Virus record (IMG/VR): IMGVR_UViG_3300009502_000019
DNA length: 23,990 nt
Strand: one strand, 5' to 3'
Origin: a virus
Taxonomy: Duplodnaviria; Heunggongvirae; Uroviricota; Caudoviricetes
A program made the translations under genes and the position numbers. The notes beneath the pieces were generated by a model. That model saw nothing but the letters and a program-made list of their open reading frames with translations. It ran no database searches and had not been told where the DNA came from. Positions 23,165 through 23,990 of this stretch are shown here, in pieces (within the stretch, counting starts at the first letter, position 1; each line of letters starts with the position of its first letter).

Positions 23165-23990
23165 CTAGTACATCCCCATCCCGCCCATACCAGGAGTTGC
23201 CGCTGCAGCTGGTGTCGTCGGCTCCGGCTTGTCCGTAACCACAGCTTCTGTGGTCAAAAGCAGGGCTGCAATAGAGGACGCATTCTGCAATGCCGACCGT
23301 GTTACTTTGGTGGGGTCGACAATACCGGATTCAATCATGTCAACGTAAGTGTCGTTGAACACGTCGTATCCGATGTTAACGTCCCTTTGCACAATGTTCA
23401 TGATCACCACAGAACCGTCAATTCCGGCGTTAAGAGCAAGCTGACGAATAGGCTCCTCTAATGCCCTCTTGATGATGTTCAAACCGATAAGCTCATCACC
23501 CTCAAGAGTAAGCTCAGCAAGCTTAGGAATAGTCCTAAGCAAGCCAACTCCTCCACCAGGGATAATGCCTTCCGCGACAGCCGCTCGCGTGGCATGAAGG
23601 GCGTCTTCTACACGCGCCTTCTTCTCTTTCATTTCGCTCTCGGTAGTAGCCCCGACATTGATAACAGCCACTCCGCCAGAAATCTTAGCAAGACGTTCCT
23701 TGTTCTGATCCCTGTCGTAATCGTTAGTGGATGTCTCAATCTGGGTCTTGATACGAGCAACACGAGCGTCAATGGTCTCCTTTGTGCCAAAACCCTCAAC
23801 GATCATGGTGATGTCCTTGGTCACCTTGATCTTCTTTGCTTGGCCAAGATCAGCAAGAGTAACGTTCTCAAGTGTTACTCCCGTCTCATCAGAGATGACC
23901 TTGCCACCTGTGATGATAGCAATATCCTCAAGGATCTCCTTCTTGCGGCTTCCAAACCCAGGAGACTTAACACAACACGCCGGAAGAATC
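23165..23990 (-). CDS. groEL: Chaperonin GroEL (group I), 3' part; frame is open to the window edge
   Basis: Reading upstream of the track ORF gives [23 protein letters not shown]. Also [63 protein letters not shown] and a GGM tail (PGMGGMGMY). Confidence 0.97.
   Translation of the reverse strand, partial: ILPACCVKSPGFGSRKKEILEDIAIITGGKVISDETGVTLENVTLADLGQAKKIKVTKDITMIVEGFGTKETIDARVARIKTQIETSTNDYDRDQNKERLAKISGGVAVINVGATTESEMKEKKARVEDALHATRAAVAEGIIPGGGVGLLRTIPKLAELTLEGDELIGLNIIKRALEEPIRQLALNAGIDGSVVIMNIVQRDVNIGYDVFNDTYVDMIESGIVDPTKVTRSALQNASSIAALLLTTEAVVTDKPEPTTPAAAATPGMGGMGMY

Noticed and set aside
1-23990. Stop-codon reassignment, as seen in some large phages
   Set aside because: TAA, TAG and TGA all terminate conserved genes at expected positions (groEL and portal end in TAG, nrdJ in TGA, terL in TAA), and coding density is already near complete.
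1-23990. tRNA or rRNA genes
   Set aside because: The only sizeable intergenic region (12359-12660) is AT-rich, holds a terminator and shows no cloverleaf.

Overview
Fragment of a large T4-like/jumbo bacteriophage genome. Every credible gene is on the minus strand, packed with ATGA/TAATG-type overlaps, in the standard genetic code. Reading right to left: a host-like groEL (3' part only), small hypotheticals, a free-standing GIY-YIG endonuclease, a probable terminase small subunit, the terminase large subunit, a sigma70-family factor, a membrane protein, a metallophosphoesterase, two unannotated single-TM microproteins, a class II (B12-dependent) ribonucleotide reductase and several small Cys-rich hypotheticals. 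An intrinsic terminator and an AT-rich promoter region follow, then a new operon. That operon holds a T4 gp20-like portal gene interrupted by four HNH-endonuclease-bearing inteins (2039-aa precursor, predicted 576-aa mature portal; one extein is only 15 aa). Downstream lies a ~5.8 kb array of otherwise unrelated genes sharing an N-terminal leader (MSLxxDxxxLKKMxE-A) and/or a motif VFKAA[S/D/G/N]xE[E/D]xxxR, seen 11 times in 7 genes, including internally between the domains of a 565-aa mosaic protein. My inference is that this array is a tagged-cargo (virion-targeting plus prohead-protease processing) system analogous to, but different in sequence from, T4 internal proteins. No database searches were possible; family calls rest on recognised motifs.
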